Shown here: in pieces, positions 19,672 to 29,333 of the stretch
How positions within the stretch are numbered: the first letter of the stretch is position 1
Layout of the letters: each line of letters starts with the position of its first letter
NCBI GenBank assembly: GCA_020635995.1
Contig: JACJYS010000001.1
Location: 512,712 to 576,711 of the forward strand
Source: Chitinophagales bacterium
Lineage (GTDB): Bacteria > Bacteroidota > Bacteroidia > Chitinophagales > UBA8649
Direction of reading: 5' to 3'
DNA: 64,000 nucleotides
Notes under the pieces: generated by a model
What the model was told of the DNA's origin: nothing
Seen by the model: the letters and a program-made list of their open reading frames with translations, nothing else
The model's database searches: none
Program-made: the position numbers and the translations under genes

Positions 19672-20202
19672 ATGAAAAGAATAACCTTACTACTTATTGC
19701 TTCTATTTTATTAGGGGCTTGTAAAAATTCTACAACCGAAAATGGAGACACAGAAGGGACAAAAACCGATAGTGTTGCTGTAGAAAAAACCACTGAAAAT
19801 ATTCAGCCCGCAGATTTAATTCAAGAAAAGGATGTAAACCAGCTAAACGAAGCTCAAAAACAAGTGCAATTACTTTTAGAGAGTTGTGTAGAAAAAAATT
19901 ATGCTGTTGCAGGAGAAACCATTATGTACCGTGGTGCCGATGAAAAAAGAATGGGCAATGATAATTTTGATGTTAACAATGCTAAAGAATTAGGCACTGT
20001 AAAAACTACCTGCGATGTATTAACAGAGTGGCTGGGTGCTTCAAAAGACTATGAGTTTGTATCGTACAAAGCAGATACTATAGGTACAGAAATACAGTAT
20101 GAAGTGGAAGTAATGTTTAAAAACAAAAAATTAGGCATGAACCGACATTTCTTTTATTACAAAAACACGGGAGCAGGGCTTTTGTTGTTTAATATGCTGT
20201 AG
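19672..20202 (+). CDS. hypothetical lipoprotein
   Basis: Start trimmed to MKRITLLLIASILLGAC (lipobox). No recognisable domain. Confidence 0.6.
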   Translation: MKRITLLLIASILLGACKNSTTENGDTEGTKTDSVAVEKTTENIQPADLIQEKDVNQLNEAQKQVQLLLESCVEKNYAVAGETIMYRGADEKRMGNDNFDVNNAKELGTVKTTCDVLTEWLGASKDYEFVSYKADTIGTEIQYEVEVMFKNKKLGMNRHFFYYKNTGAGLLLFNML

Positions 20203-20227
20203 GAAAGTTATACCAATTATTTGCTTA

Positions 20228-21973
20228 CTACTTTTTTATTTGCAAGCCTAATTCATCAAGCTGTGCTTGGTCTATAACGCTTGGCGAGTCTATCATTAAA
20301 TCTCTACCAGCATTATTTTTAGGGAAAGCTATAAAATCTCTAATAGTTTCTTGCCCTCCTAAAATTGCTACAAATCTATCTAAACCAAAAGCAATACCTC
20401 CGTGTGGTGGTGCTCCGTATTCAAAAGCATTCATTAAAAATCCAAACTGGTCTTTAGCTTGCTCTTCGGTAAAACCTAAGTGTTTAAACATTAAAGCCTG
20501 CGTTTCTTTATCGTGTATTCTTATAGAACCGCCACCTATCTCATTGCCGTTAAGCACAAGGTCGTAGGCATTGGCACGTACAGCTCCCGGGTCAGTATCT
20601 AATTTAGCTATATCCTCTTTTTTAGGCGAAGTAAAAGGGTGGTGCATAGCATGATAGCGTTGTGTTTCTTCATCCCATTCTAATAATGGGAAATCAACTA
20701 CCCAAAGTGGAGCAAATTCATCTTTTTTACGCAAGCCTAATCTTTCGGCTAACTCCATGCGTAAGGCACTTAACTGCCCACGTACTTTATTGGCTTCACC
20801 AGAAAGCACACAAATTAAATCGCCTGCTTTAGCTCCTGTTTTTTTAGCCCATTTAGCTAAATCTTCTTGGTCGTAAAATTTATCTACCGATGATTTAAAA
20901 GTGCCGTCTTCGTTATACTTAACATATACCATTCCTAAAGCACCTATTTGAGGGCGTTTTACCCAATCTATAAGTCCGTCTATTTCTTTACGGCTATATT
21001 CAGATGCTCCGGGCACTGCTATTCCTACCACAAGCTCTGCATTATTAAATACACTAAAATCTTTGTGCTGAGCTACATCGTTCAACTCGCCAAATTTCAT
21101 CCCAAACCTAATATCCGGTTTGTCATTTCCATAAGTTTTCATAGCTTCATCATAAGTCATTCTTGGAAATTTATCTACTTCAACATTATTTAGTTTTTTT
21201 AATAAATATCGGGTTAAGCCTTCAAAAACATCTAAAATGTCTTCTTGCTCTACAAAACTCATTTCGCAGTCTATTTGCGTAAACTCCGGTTGACGGTCGG
21301 CACGCAAATCTTCATCTCTAAAACATTTTACTATTTGAAAATATTTATCCATACCTGCCACCATAAGCAGTTGCTTAAAAGTTTGTGGCGATTGAGGCAA
21401 AGCATAAAAAGTGCCTTGGTTCATACGTGAAGGCACCACAAAATCTCTTGCTCCCTCAGGTGTAGATTTTATTAAATAAGGTGTTTCTACCTCTACAAAA
21501 CCTTGACCAGAAAGATAATTTCTAACCTCAAGAGCCGTTTTATGTCTAAACAATAAATTGTTGCGAACTTTATCTCTCCTAATGTCCAAATATCGGTATT
21601 TCATTCGCAGTTCTTCGCCACCGTCAGTATCATCTGCAATGGTAAACGGAGGCGTTTTTGCTTTATTTAATACATTTAATTCTTCTACATTTATTTCAAT
21701 ATCGCCTGTAGGCATTTCCGGGTTTTTAGAGCTACGCTCTACTACTTTTCCTTTTATTTGAATAACATATTCTCTACCCAATTTTCTTGCTTGCTCGCAT
21801 AATTCTTTGTTGGTATCCATATTAAATACCAGTTGCGTTTTGCCGTATCTATCTCTTAAATCTATAAAAGTCATACCACCCAAATCTCTTGATTTGTGCA
21901 TCCACCCGGCTAAAGTTACGGTGTTTCCAATATGCTCTTTTCTAAGCTCGCCACAGTTAAAAGTTCTGTACAT
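20228..21973 (-). CDS. aspS: aspartate--tRNA ligase
   Basis: 581 aa. Class II aaRS motifs ([34 protein letters not shown]) and an N-terminal OB fold. Confidence 0.93.
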   Translation of the reverse strand: MYRTFNCGELRKEHIGNTVTLAGWMHKSRDLGGMTFIDLRDRYGKTQLVFNMDTNKELCEQARKLGREYVIQIKGKVVERSSKNPEMPTGDIEINVEELNVLNKAKTPPFTIADDTDGGEELRMKYRYLDIRRDKVRNNLLFRHKTALEVRNYLSGQGFVEVETPYLIKSTPEGARDFVVPSRMNQGTFYALPQSPQTFKQLLMVAGMDKYFQIVKCFRDEDLRADRQPEFTQIDCEMSFVEQEDILDVFEGLTRYLLKKLNNVEVDKFPRMTYDEAMKTYGNDKPDIRFGMKFGELNDVAQHKDFSVFNNAELVVGIAVPGASEYSRKEIDGLIDWVKRPQIGALGMVYVKYNEDGTFKSSVDKFYDQEDLAKWAKKTGAKAGDLICVLSGEANKVRGQLSALRMELAERLGLRKKDEFAPLWVVDFPLLEWDEETQRYHAMHHPFTSPKKEDIAKLDTDPGAVRANAYDLVLNGNEIGGGSIRIHDKETQALMFKHLGFTEEQAKDQFGFLMNAFEYGAPPHGGIAFGLDRFVAILGGQETIRDFIAFPKNNAGRDLMIDSPSVIDQAQLDELGLQIKK

Positions 21974-22133
21974 TATTAATCAATTTTATTTAAAAGATTG
22001 CAAAAATAAGTATTTATTAAAGGAAAAAATGATGAGGCTTAAAATAATTTTCTAAAAAAAAATGACGTTTTACATTTGTATTATGTTAATAAAATGTATC
22101 TTTATTCCTTACATACATTTAACCTTGTAGAAT

Positions 22134-23204
22134 ATGATGAAAAAAATACTAACATTTTTAGCTGTAGCTATTACATTTTCAAGTCTTAAAGCACAAGATC
22201 CACACTTAACTCAGTTTTATGCAGCACCTTTGCAATTAAACCCGGCTCTTACCGGAGTAATGAAAGGAAACTATAGAGGTAGCTTTTTGTATAGAAGCCA
22301 ATGGGGAGAAGTAATGCGTGATGAATCTACAAGACAATTTAGAACCATGACCGCTGCTGTAGATTTTAGAATACCTATAAATAAGAATGCTTTGGGTATA
22401 GGTGTAGAAATGATGAACGATAAAGCCGCAGAAAGCGATTATGCTACTACCAGAGCCGGATTAGCACTTAGCTATCAGCAAAGTATAGATAAATGGAATA
22501 GACATTATTTAGTTATAGGTTTGCAAGCAGATGTTATACAACGTAGCTTTAGCTTAGACGGTTTGCGTTTTGGAAATCAGTGGAATGGCATTGAATACGA
22601 CCCTACTTTAGTACAAGATAATCCTGCTTATTTAGCTACCTTAAATCAAAAGCGTTTATTTTTTGATGCAAGTGCCGGTTTGTTATACTTTGTGCGTGCC
22701 AGAAATAAACGAACTACAGCTTATGCAGGCTTTAGTGCTCAGCACTTAAATATGCCTAATGAATCATTAGGAGGTTCTACAGCTAAATTGCCTATTAAAT
22801 ACTCTATTCATTCAGGAGTAAACTTTCCTATAGCTAAGCAGTTTGATTTACTGCCTAAGTTTTTATTTCAGTTACAAGGAAACCATACAGAATTATTATT
22901 AGGTACAGATATCCGTTTTATATTTAATGATGGCGACCCTATGGGCAATGCTTTCCGTTTTGGAGCATTATATAGAATGGTGGGCGGATTAAATGCCAGT
23001 AATAATCCGGGATTTAATAGTGAATCAGTAGCACTATTGGCAGGAGCCGATTATAAAGGTTTATCTTTTGGAGCCGCCTACGATATTAATATTTCTCAGT
23101 TTCAGCCGGGTACTTTTAAAAGAGGTGGTTTTGAAGTTACCTTAGCATACACGGGCAGTTGGGAAAGAAAAAATAAAATTAGTGTAGCTTGTCCGGAGTT
23201 TTAG
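22134..23204 (+). CDS. PorP/SprF family type IX secretion system membrane protein
   Basis: 356 aa. Signal peptide, then AQDPHLTQFYAAPLQLNPALTG, the hallmark PorP/SprF N-terminus. Paralogous to 35963-37021. Confidence 0.85.
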   Translation: MMKKILTFLAVAITFSSLKAQDPHLTQFYAAPLQLNPALTGVMKGNYRGSFLYRSQWGEVMRDESTRQFRTMTAAVDFRIPINKNALGIGVEMMNDKAAESDYATTRAGLALSYQQSIDKWNRHYLVIGLQADVIQRSFSLDGLRFGNQWNGIEYDPTLVQDNPAYLATLNQKRLFFDASAGLLYFVRARNKRTTAYAGFSAQHLNMPNESLGGSTAKLPIKYSIHSGVNFPIAKQFDLLPKFLFQLQGNHTELLLGTDIRFIFNDGDPMGNAFRFGALYRMVGGLNASNNPGFNSESVALLAGADYKGLSFGAAYDINISQFQPGTFKRGGFEVTLAYTGSWERKNKISVACPEF

Positions 23205-23219
23205 AAATAACCCTTTGCT

Positions 23220-23648
23220 ATGATGAAAATTGCATCAATTTTATTAATTTTTTTATTACTACTTGGTGTTAATTCTTGCTGTACTGAAATGTATTGTTTA
23301 GGTGTAGAAGACATCAACATTAAACTTCAAGATTTTTCTTTAGCAGAATTAGAATCTGTTACACTTGTTAATGCAAATAATAATTACATTTTAAATACCT
23401 ATATAGATATTCAAGATGAAAATGGATTTTTTCTTAGACTTAATGAAGCATTTTATATTGGGAACAACTATATTTTGAGTATAGACTCTGGCAATCTTTC
23501 TTATACACTATCTGATTTTAAAACTTCAAAAGAGAAGTGTAATACAGGCTTTATGTGTCGCGATTATATTGAACATTTAGAAAGTTATAAAGTAAATGGT
23601 GTAGCATATAGTGCTAATAATCGTGATTTAATAGTTGTTAATAGGTAA
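23220..23648 (+). CDS. hypothetical exported protein (possible lipoprotein)
   Basis: 142 aa. Signal peptide ending GVNSCC. Its stop overlaps the next start (TAATG). Confidence 0.55.
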   Translation: MMKIASILLIFLLLLGVNSCCTEMYCLGVEDINIKLQDFSLAELESVTLVNANNNYILNTYIDIQDENGFFLRLNEAFYIGNNYILSIDSGNLSYTLSDFKTSKEKCNTGFMCRDYIEHLESYKVNGVAYSANNRDLIVVNR

Positions 23649-24322
23649 TGGTGAAAAAAGGAATTTATTTATTAGCAATATTATTTTTCTGTTATAACAA
23701 TTCTTATAGCCAAATTAAAGAAAATATTGACTTTCAAGATTTTATGAAGGAAATACAAATTTGGCAAAAAAATGAAAATAAAATGAATCTCATTTGGTGG
23801 TTACCGTCAAATTATTGGGAGATTACAAAGCAAATGAATCCAGGAGTCTCCGAAGAAGGATTTAAGATTTTTGAAGATGCGTTTCAAGACTATTATTTAG
23901 TCTTTACTCTAAGTGCTGAAATTGTAGGAGCAGATTTTTCATACCGAAGTTATTCAGCAATTTTTGATAATTTAAAGCTAATAGATTCAAAAGGAAGAAC
24001 GTATTTACCAATTAATGAAATTAATTTGCCAACTAAGACCGTAAATATTATGGCAGTATTTAAACCAATTATAGAGAAAATGATTGGTGGAGGATTAGGT
24101 AAAGGGATTCAATTTTATTTATTTCCAAAAAAAGACAATAAGGGAAGTTTTATTATTGATGAAGATTCTCAAACAGAATTTGCATTTACTCTTTTTCAAA
24201 ATAAGTTTACTTATAATTTACCTCTTGTTTCTTTAATGGAAGACAAATATTGTCCAGTTGATAATAAAATAATGAAAGGAAATTGGGAATATTGTCCTTT
24301 CCACGGGGTTAAATTAGATTGA
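23648..24322 (+). CDS. hypothetical exported protein with C-terminal CxxD...CPxH element
   Basis: 224 aa. Signal peptide ...NNSYSQ. C-terminal KYCPVDNKIMKGNWEYCPFHG looks like a zinc-ribbon knuckle pair. Confidence 0.55.
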   Translation: MVKKGIYLLAILFFCYNNSYSQIKENIDFQDFMKEIQIWQKNENKMNLIWWLPSNYWEITKQMNPGVSEEGFKIFEDAFQDYYLVFTLSAEIVGADFSYRSYSAIFDNLKLIDSKGRTYLPINEINLPTKTVNIMAVFKPIIEKMIGGGLGKGIQFYLFPKKDNKGSFIIDEDSQTEFAFTLFQNKFTYNLPLVSLMEDKYCPVDNKIMKGNWEYCPFHGVKLD

Positions 24323-24491
24323 TTACCTATAGATATTGACAAAACTGTCAGGTTAATTTAGATGAAGTTGTGTAGTACGAATATGGCAAATCTTCTCAAA
24401 TCTAACTACCTAAAATTACCTTTAACACTAATTAACCGCACATTTTTTATATGCTTTCATAAATTTGCATTTAGCAAAAAAATAAAATGTA

Positions 24492-25490
24492 ATGGAAAGC
24501 ACATCGGTAGATATTAGAGCACTTAATGAAAAAATAGAAAAAGAAAGTGGATTTATTGATTTAATCAATATGGAAATTGGCAAATCAATAGTAGGGCAAA
24601 AGAAAATGGTAGAACGTCTTATTTTAGCCATGCTTGCCAATGGACATATACTATTAGAAGGTGTTCCGGGTTTGGCAAAAACCTTAGCCATAAAATCGCT
24701 TTCAAGTGCGGTAGATGCTAAATTTAGCAGAATTCAGTTTACCCCAGACTTATTGCCTGCCGATATTTTGGGTACTATGATTTACAATCAAAAACTGAAT
24801 GATTTTAGCATAAAAAAAGGTCCCGTATTTGCCAATTTTGTGCTGGCAGATGAAATTAACCGTGCTCCGGCAAAAGTGCAAAGTGCTTTATTAGAAGCCA
24901 TGCAAGAAAAACAAATAACTATTGGCGATACAACTTTTAAGCTTGATGAACCTTTTTTGGTGTTGGCAACGCAAAACCCTATTGAGCAAGAAGGGACTTA
25001 TCCGTTACCGGAAGCACAAGTTGACCGTTTTATGCTAAAAGTAAATATTACTTATCCTCAAAAAGAAGAAGAGCGTCAAATTATCCGTATGAATATAGGT
25101 AATGAAAAAAGAACTATTAATCCTGTGGCGGCAACAGAAGCTATAATGAGAGGTAGAGAATTAGTGCGAGAAATTTATATGGATGAAAATATAGAGCAGT
25201 ATATTTTAGATATTGTTTTTGCAACAAGAAACCCGGCAGAAAACAACTTAAAACAAATTGCCCCATTAATAACTTATGGTGGTTCGCCAAGGGCAAGTAT
25301 AAATTTAGCTATGGCAAGCAAAGCTATGGCATTCATGAAAAAACGGGGTTATGTTATTCCAGAAGATGTTAAAGCTATTTGCCACGATGTAATGCGACAC
25401 CGTATAGGACTAAGCTATGAAGCTGAAGCTGAAAATGTAACGGCAGATGAATTGGTAAGCGAAGTACTTAATGCAGTAGAAATACCTTAG
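24492..25490 (+). CDS. moxR: MoxR-family AAA+ ATPase
   Basis: 332 aa. Walker A GVPGLAKT, Walker B FVLADEINRAP, and LATQNPIEQEGTYPLPEAQVDRF typical of MoxR. Confidence 0.92.
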   Translation: MESTSVDIRALNEKIEKESGFIDLINMEIGKSIVGQKKMVERLILAMLANGHILLEGVPGLAKTLAIKSLSSAVDAKFSRIQFTPDLLPADILGTMIYNQKLNDFSIKKGPVFANFVLADEINRAPAKVQSALLEAMQEKQITIGDTTFKLDEPFLVLATQNPIEQEGTYPLPEAQVDRFMLKVNITYPQKEEERQIIRMNIGNEKRTINPVAATEAIMRGRELVREIYMDENIEQYILDIVFATRNPAENNLKQIAPLITYGGSPRASINLAMASKAMAFMKKRGYVIPEDVKAICHDVMRHRIGLSYEAEAENVTADELVSEVLNAVEIP

Positions 25491-25538
25491 TTAGATTTAA
25501 GATGTAAGACATAAGATTTAAGACGTAAGATATACTAA
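25491..25538 (+). repeat. tandem heptamer array NTAAGAY (TTAGAT TTAAGAT GTAAGAC ATAAGAT TTAAGAC GTAAGAT ATACTAA)
   Basis: Read directly. Starts on the nucleotide after the moxR TAG stop. Confidence 0.8.
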
Positions 25539-25555
25539 CGACCACCGACTAAAAA

Positions 25556-26434
25556 ATGACAACCGAAGAACTTTTAAAACAAGTACGTAAGATAGAAATC
25601 AAGGCAAAAGGCTTGAGCAATCAGGTATTTGCGGGTAGCTATCATTCTGCATTTAAGGGTAGAGGCATGTCGTTTAGCGAAGTGCGTGGCTATAATTACG
25701 GAGATGATGTGCGTAATATAGACTGGAATGTTACCGCCCGTTTTGATGCTCCTTTTGTTAAAGTTTTTGAAGAAGAACGCGAGCTTACCGTTATGCTTTT
25801 GGTAGATATAAGCAAGTCAACATATTTTGGTACTTATGGCACATTTAAAAACAAAATGATGGCGTTAATTTCGGCAGTTTTATCTTATTCAGCTATACAA
25901 AACAATGATAAAGTAGGCGTACTTTTTTTTAGCGATAAAGTAGAAATGTATATTCCGCCAAAAAAAGGTAAAGGACATATTTTGCGAATAATTAGAGAGT
26001 TGGTTAATATAGAACCAAAGGACAGTGGTACTAATTTAGGCGTAGCACTGCAATATTTTAACAACTTAGTAAAGCGTAGAAGCGTAGCTTTTGTTTTATC
26101 CGATTTTATAACAGATGATGATTATGAAGATGCCCTTAAAATAGTAAGGAAAAAACACGATATAATAGGTTTGCATATTTTTGATAAGTTTGAAAAAGAA
26201 TTGCCGGATTTAGGCTTGGTTCAGCTAAATGATGCCGAGTTAAATAACAAAAAATGGATAGACACTTCATCTAAAGAAGAAAGAAAAAGATATACCGAGT
26301 TTTTTGAAAATAATTTGCAAAGCAATAAAAAGACATTTATTAAAAATAAAGCCGATTTTATTAGTTTAAATACAGAAGAAAACTATGTAAATGCCTTACT
26401 TCAACTGTTTAAAAGAAGGGGGAGTAGAAGATGA
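25556..26434 (+). CDS. DUF58 domain protein (MoxR-associated, VWA-like)
   Basis: 292 aa. RGYNYGDDVRNIDWNVTAR is the DUF58 signature. Sits in the standard position after moxR. Confidence 0.88.
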   Translation: MTTEELLKQVRKIEIKAKGLSNQVFAGSYHSAFKGRGMSFSEVRGYNYGDDVRNIDWNVTARFDAPFVKVFEEERELTVMLLVDISKSTYFGTYGTFKNKMMALISAVLSYSAIQNNDKVGVLFFSDKVEMYIPPKKGKGHILRIIRELVNIEPKDSGTNLGVALQYFNNLVKRRSVAFVLSDFITDDDYEDALKIVRKKHDIIGLHIFDKFEKELPDLGLVQLNDAELNNKKWIDTSSKEERKRYTEFFENNLQSNKKTFIKNKADFISLNTEENYVNALLQLFKRRGSRR

Positions 26435-26451
26435 TGAAAACAAGTTTAAAT

Positions 26452-26496
26452 CGTCATTCCGCAATTTCGGTTGAAAATCGGAATATGCGGAATCTC
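26452..26496 (-). repeat. REP-like hairpin unit GAG-ATTCCGCA...TGCGGAAT-GACG
   Basis: 8-bp perfect arms with family flanks. Lies between the DUF58 stop and the signal-peptide start of the next gene. Confidence 0.8.
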
Positions 26497-26505
26497 TTTC
26501 AAGGA

Positions 26506-27402
26506 ATGAAAATAATAGCTATAATTCCACTATTATTTTCATGTGTTTTTGCTCAAAATTTAAGCATTACTTTAGATAAAGATACCATACTTATAGGTGA
26601 CCATATCAACTTAGATATTACCATAAAAAATACTAATAACGATAAAGTACTTTTTCCTGTTTTTGCAGATTCTATAAGCACTTTTGATGTTATAAACAGC
26701 TACCCTATAGACACTTTAAGCGATGGATATAACAAGCGATACAGCATAACGCAATTTAATGCAGGAAACTATCAATTTGGGCAAATTCCTACAGTGGTGG
26801 TTCATAGCAATGGTGTGATGGATACTTTGTATTCTAACAATGTAAATTTAGTGGTTAACACTATAGAAGTAGATACTACACAAGCTATTAAGTCTATAAA
26901 AACCGTAAAATCTTTGCCTTTTCCGTGGAAAGAATTTTTGAAAAAATGGGGTATTCCTCTATTGCTTTTACTCATTGCTTTAGGCGTTTTGATTTATTAT
27001 ATAGCCAAACGCAAAAAACTTTTTGTGAAAGAAGAAAAGCCAAAAACTATGCTTGATTTTTATGAAGAAGCATTGCAAAAATTAGACGAAATAGATCAAA
27101 AGAAAATGTGGCAAAACGACCAAATTAAAGAATATTATTTTGGTATTTCGGAGGTGATGCGTACCTATTTAGAAGGTAGATTTGGCATAAACGCCATGGA
27201 AAGTACTACGGATGAGATTAAGGACGAGTTATTTTTAGAAACAGGGTTAAAAAATAAAGTAACAGATATTTTAGCACAAGCAGATTTAGCCAAATTTGCC
27301 AAATTTAAACCACTTAATGATGAAAACATGAGTGTAATGAAAAAAGCTAAAGATTTTGTGCGACATACAAAACCTAAAGAAATAAAAAAAGAAGATGTTT
27401 AG
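26506..27402 (+). CDS. Bat-operon membrane protein (BatD-like N-terminal domain + TM + DUF4381-like C-terminal domain)
   Basis: Start moved to MKIIAIIPLLFSCVFAQ (signal peptide), because 26452-26496 is a REP-like hairpin. Central TM IPLLLLLIALGVLIYYI. The C-terminal helical part resembles DUF4381. Confidence 0.65.
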   Translation: MKIIAIIPLLFSCVFAQNLSITLDKDTILIGDHINLDITIKNTNNDKVLFPVFADSISTFDVINSYPIDTLSDGYNKRYSITQFNAGNYQFGQIPTVVVHSNGVMDTLYSNNVNLVVNTIEVDTTQAIKSIKTVKSLPFPWKEFLKKWGIPLLLLLIALGVLIYYIAKRKKLFVKEEKPKTMLDFYEEALQKLDEIDQKKMWQNDQIKEYYFGISEVMRTYLEGRFGINAMESTTDEIKDELFLETGLKNKVTDILAQADLAKFAKFKPLNDENMSVMKKAKDFVRHTKPKEIKKEDV

Positions 27403-28405
27403 CGGTTGGTACGATATACATTTTGCACATCCAAATTTACTTTGGTTGTTAGCTGTTTTGGCAGTATTAGCCGGCTTGTGGTTTTATTTTAGATACAAAA
27501 AAAACTATGGAAGCATGCAGGTGCCCAGCCTTAGTATGTTTAAAGATTATACTTCTTTAAAAGCTATGCTTTTGCCGTTATTGCCCATCTTAAGATTTTT
27601 AGCTCTTGCCGCCATAATAGTAGCTTTAGCTCGCCCTCAGTCTTCCTCTACACAGCACCGTATAAGTTCTTATGGTATAGATATGGTTATATCTATGGAC
27701 GTATCTGCCAGTATGCTGGCACAAGATTTTAAACCCGATAGGCTTGAAGCCGCTAAAGATGTGGCATCGCAGTTTATAGAACAAAGAACAAATGATAGAA
27801 TAGGTTTGGTTATTTTTTCGGGAGAAAGTTTTACTCAAGTTCCCATTACTACCGACCATAAAATAGTGCAAAGTCAGCTACAGAAAATAAGAAATGGCGT
27901 GCTTGAAGATGGAACAGCTATAGGTATGGGTATTGGTACTGCTGTAAACAGGCTAAAAGATAGCAAAGCAAAAAGTAAGGTTATTATTATAATGACAGAC
28001 GGTGTTAATAATACAGGGTTAGTTGACCCACTTATGGCAACAGAAGCCGCTATGCAATACGGCATTAAAATTTATACCATAGGTATAGGCACTAAAGGGA
28101 AAGCCTATATGCCGGCATACAAACTACCTGATGGAAGCATACAATACGATTATTTAGACGTGGATATAGATGAAGCATTAATGCGGAAAATAGCTGAAAT
28201 GACAGGCGGTAAATATTACAGGGCTACAGATAAAAAGAGCCTCAAAGAGGTGTATAAAGAAATAGATCAACTGGAAAAAACAGAAATAGAATCTTCACAA
28301 TCGGTAAGAGTGGCAGAATTGTTTTATCCTTGGGCGGCACTTGCCTTGTTATTAATAGCAGTAGAGCAAATTTTAAAATACACTTTGCTTAGAACCTTCC
28401 CTTAA
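27395..28405 (+). CDS. batA: BatA-like VWA domain membrane protein
   Basis: 336 aa. Two N-terminal TMs, a VWA MIDAS motif (DVSASM ... TDGVNN) and a C-terminal TM. Confidence 0.88.
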   Translation: MFSGWYDIHFAHPNLLWLLAVLAVLAGLWFYFRYKKNYGSMQVPSLSMFKDYTSLKAMLLPLLPILRFLALAAIIVALARPQSSSTQHRISSYGIDMVISMDVSASMLAQDFKPDRLEAAKDVASQFIEQRTNDRIGLVIFSGESFTQVPITTDHKIVQSQLQKIRNGVLEDGTAIGMGIGTAVNRLKDSKAKSKVIIIMTDGVNNTGLVDPLMATEAAMQYGIKIYTIGIGTKGKAYMPAYKLPDGSIQYDYLDVDIDEALMRKIAEMTGGKYYRATDKKSLKEVYKEIDQLEKTEIESSQSVRVAELFYPWAALALLLIAVEQILKYTLLRTFP

Positions 28406-28414
28406 TGCCACAAA

Positions 28415-28446
28415 TTTGTAAAACACATTGATTTTCAATACTTTTG
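28415..28446 (+). promoter_or_regulatory. candidate Bacteroidetes sigma-A promoter for the MscS-family gene (TTTG, 20-nt spacer, TACTTTTG)
   Basis: -33 TTTG at 28415-28418 and a TAnnTTTG -7 box at 28439-28446, 27 nt before the ATG. Confidence 0.5.
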
Positions 28447-28472
28447 CAGTTTATTAAAACAAAGAAAAATTT

Positions 28473-29291
28473 ATGGACAAATTAAAAGAAATTTTTAATT
28501 CTATTAATACTTATTTAAGTGAATACGGCTTTGTAGCCAAAATAGTGTATGCTTTAGCTCTCTTAATTATTGGATGGTTGACAGTAAACTTAATAGTAAA
28601 TCTAATAGGAAAATTATTAAAGAAAAGAAACTTTGATGAAACGTTATTACCTTTTATTAAAAGCTTGGTACTGTGGCTATTAAGAGTAGCCTTACTAATT
28701 TCTGTAGCGGGGATAGTGGGTATAGAAACGGCTTCGTTTATAGCTATATTGGGAGCTGTAGGTTTTGCTATAGGTATGGCTATGCAAGGAGCTTTAGGAA
28801 ATTTAGCCGGAGGAGCTTTAATTTTAATTTTTAGACCATATAAAGTAGGCGATTTAATAGAAAGTCAAGGCAGATTAGGCGTAGTAAAAGAAATACAGAT
28901 ATTTACTACCATATTGTTAAGTCCGGAAAATAAAACGATTATTTTACCCAATGGGCCTGTGGCTAATAATGATATTGTTAACTATACTGTAGAGGGTGTT
29001 ATAAGAGTAGATTGCAGTGTAGGTATAGCCTATCATGAAGACATAGCTAAAGCAAAAGAGGTGCTTATGAAAGTTTTAGAAAGCGATGAAGATGTGCTTA
29101 AAACACCAGCTCCTTTTGTGGGCGTTTCTGAGTTGGCAGGTAGTTCTATTGACTTAGCTGTGAGAGGTTATGCTAAACCGGCTAAGTATTGGGATGTGTT
29201 TTTTAGAGTTAATGAAAATATGAAAATAGCTCTGGACAAAGCAGGAATTGAAATACCATTTTCTCAAATGGATGTTACGATTAAAAAATAA
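28473..29291 (+). CDS. MscS-family mechanosensitive ion channel
   Basis: 272 aa. Three TMs plus the beta-domain motif YKVGDLIESQGRLGVVKEIQIFTT...ILPNG. Confidence 0.88.
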   Translation: MDKLKEIFNSINTYLSEYGFVAKIVYALALLIIGWLTVNLIVNLIGKLLKKRNFDETLLPFIKSLVLWLLRVALLISVAGIVGIETASFIAILGAVGFAIGMAMQGALGNLAGGALILIFRPYKVGDLIESQGRLGVVKEIQIFTTILLSPENKTIILPNGPVANNDIVNYTVEGVIRVDCSVGIAYHEDIAKAKEVLMKVLESDEDVLKTPAPFVGVSELAGSSIDLAVRGYAKPAKYWDVFFRVNENMKIALDKAGIEIPFSQMDVTIKK

Positions 29292-29333
29292 TGTATCTTT
29301 AGCACTTATTTTTAACAATTAAAACTAAAAACT

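Noticed and set aside
25491-25538. CRISPR array
   Set aside because: The repeats are 7-nt tandem units without spacers, and there are no cas genes in the window.
26431-26505. N-terminal 25 codons of the track ORF 26431-27402 (ATGA overlap with DUF58)
   Set aside because: The segment is a REP-like hairpin, and a clean signal peptide starts at 26506. The ATGA overlap is attractive, so some doubt remains.
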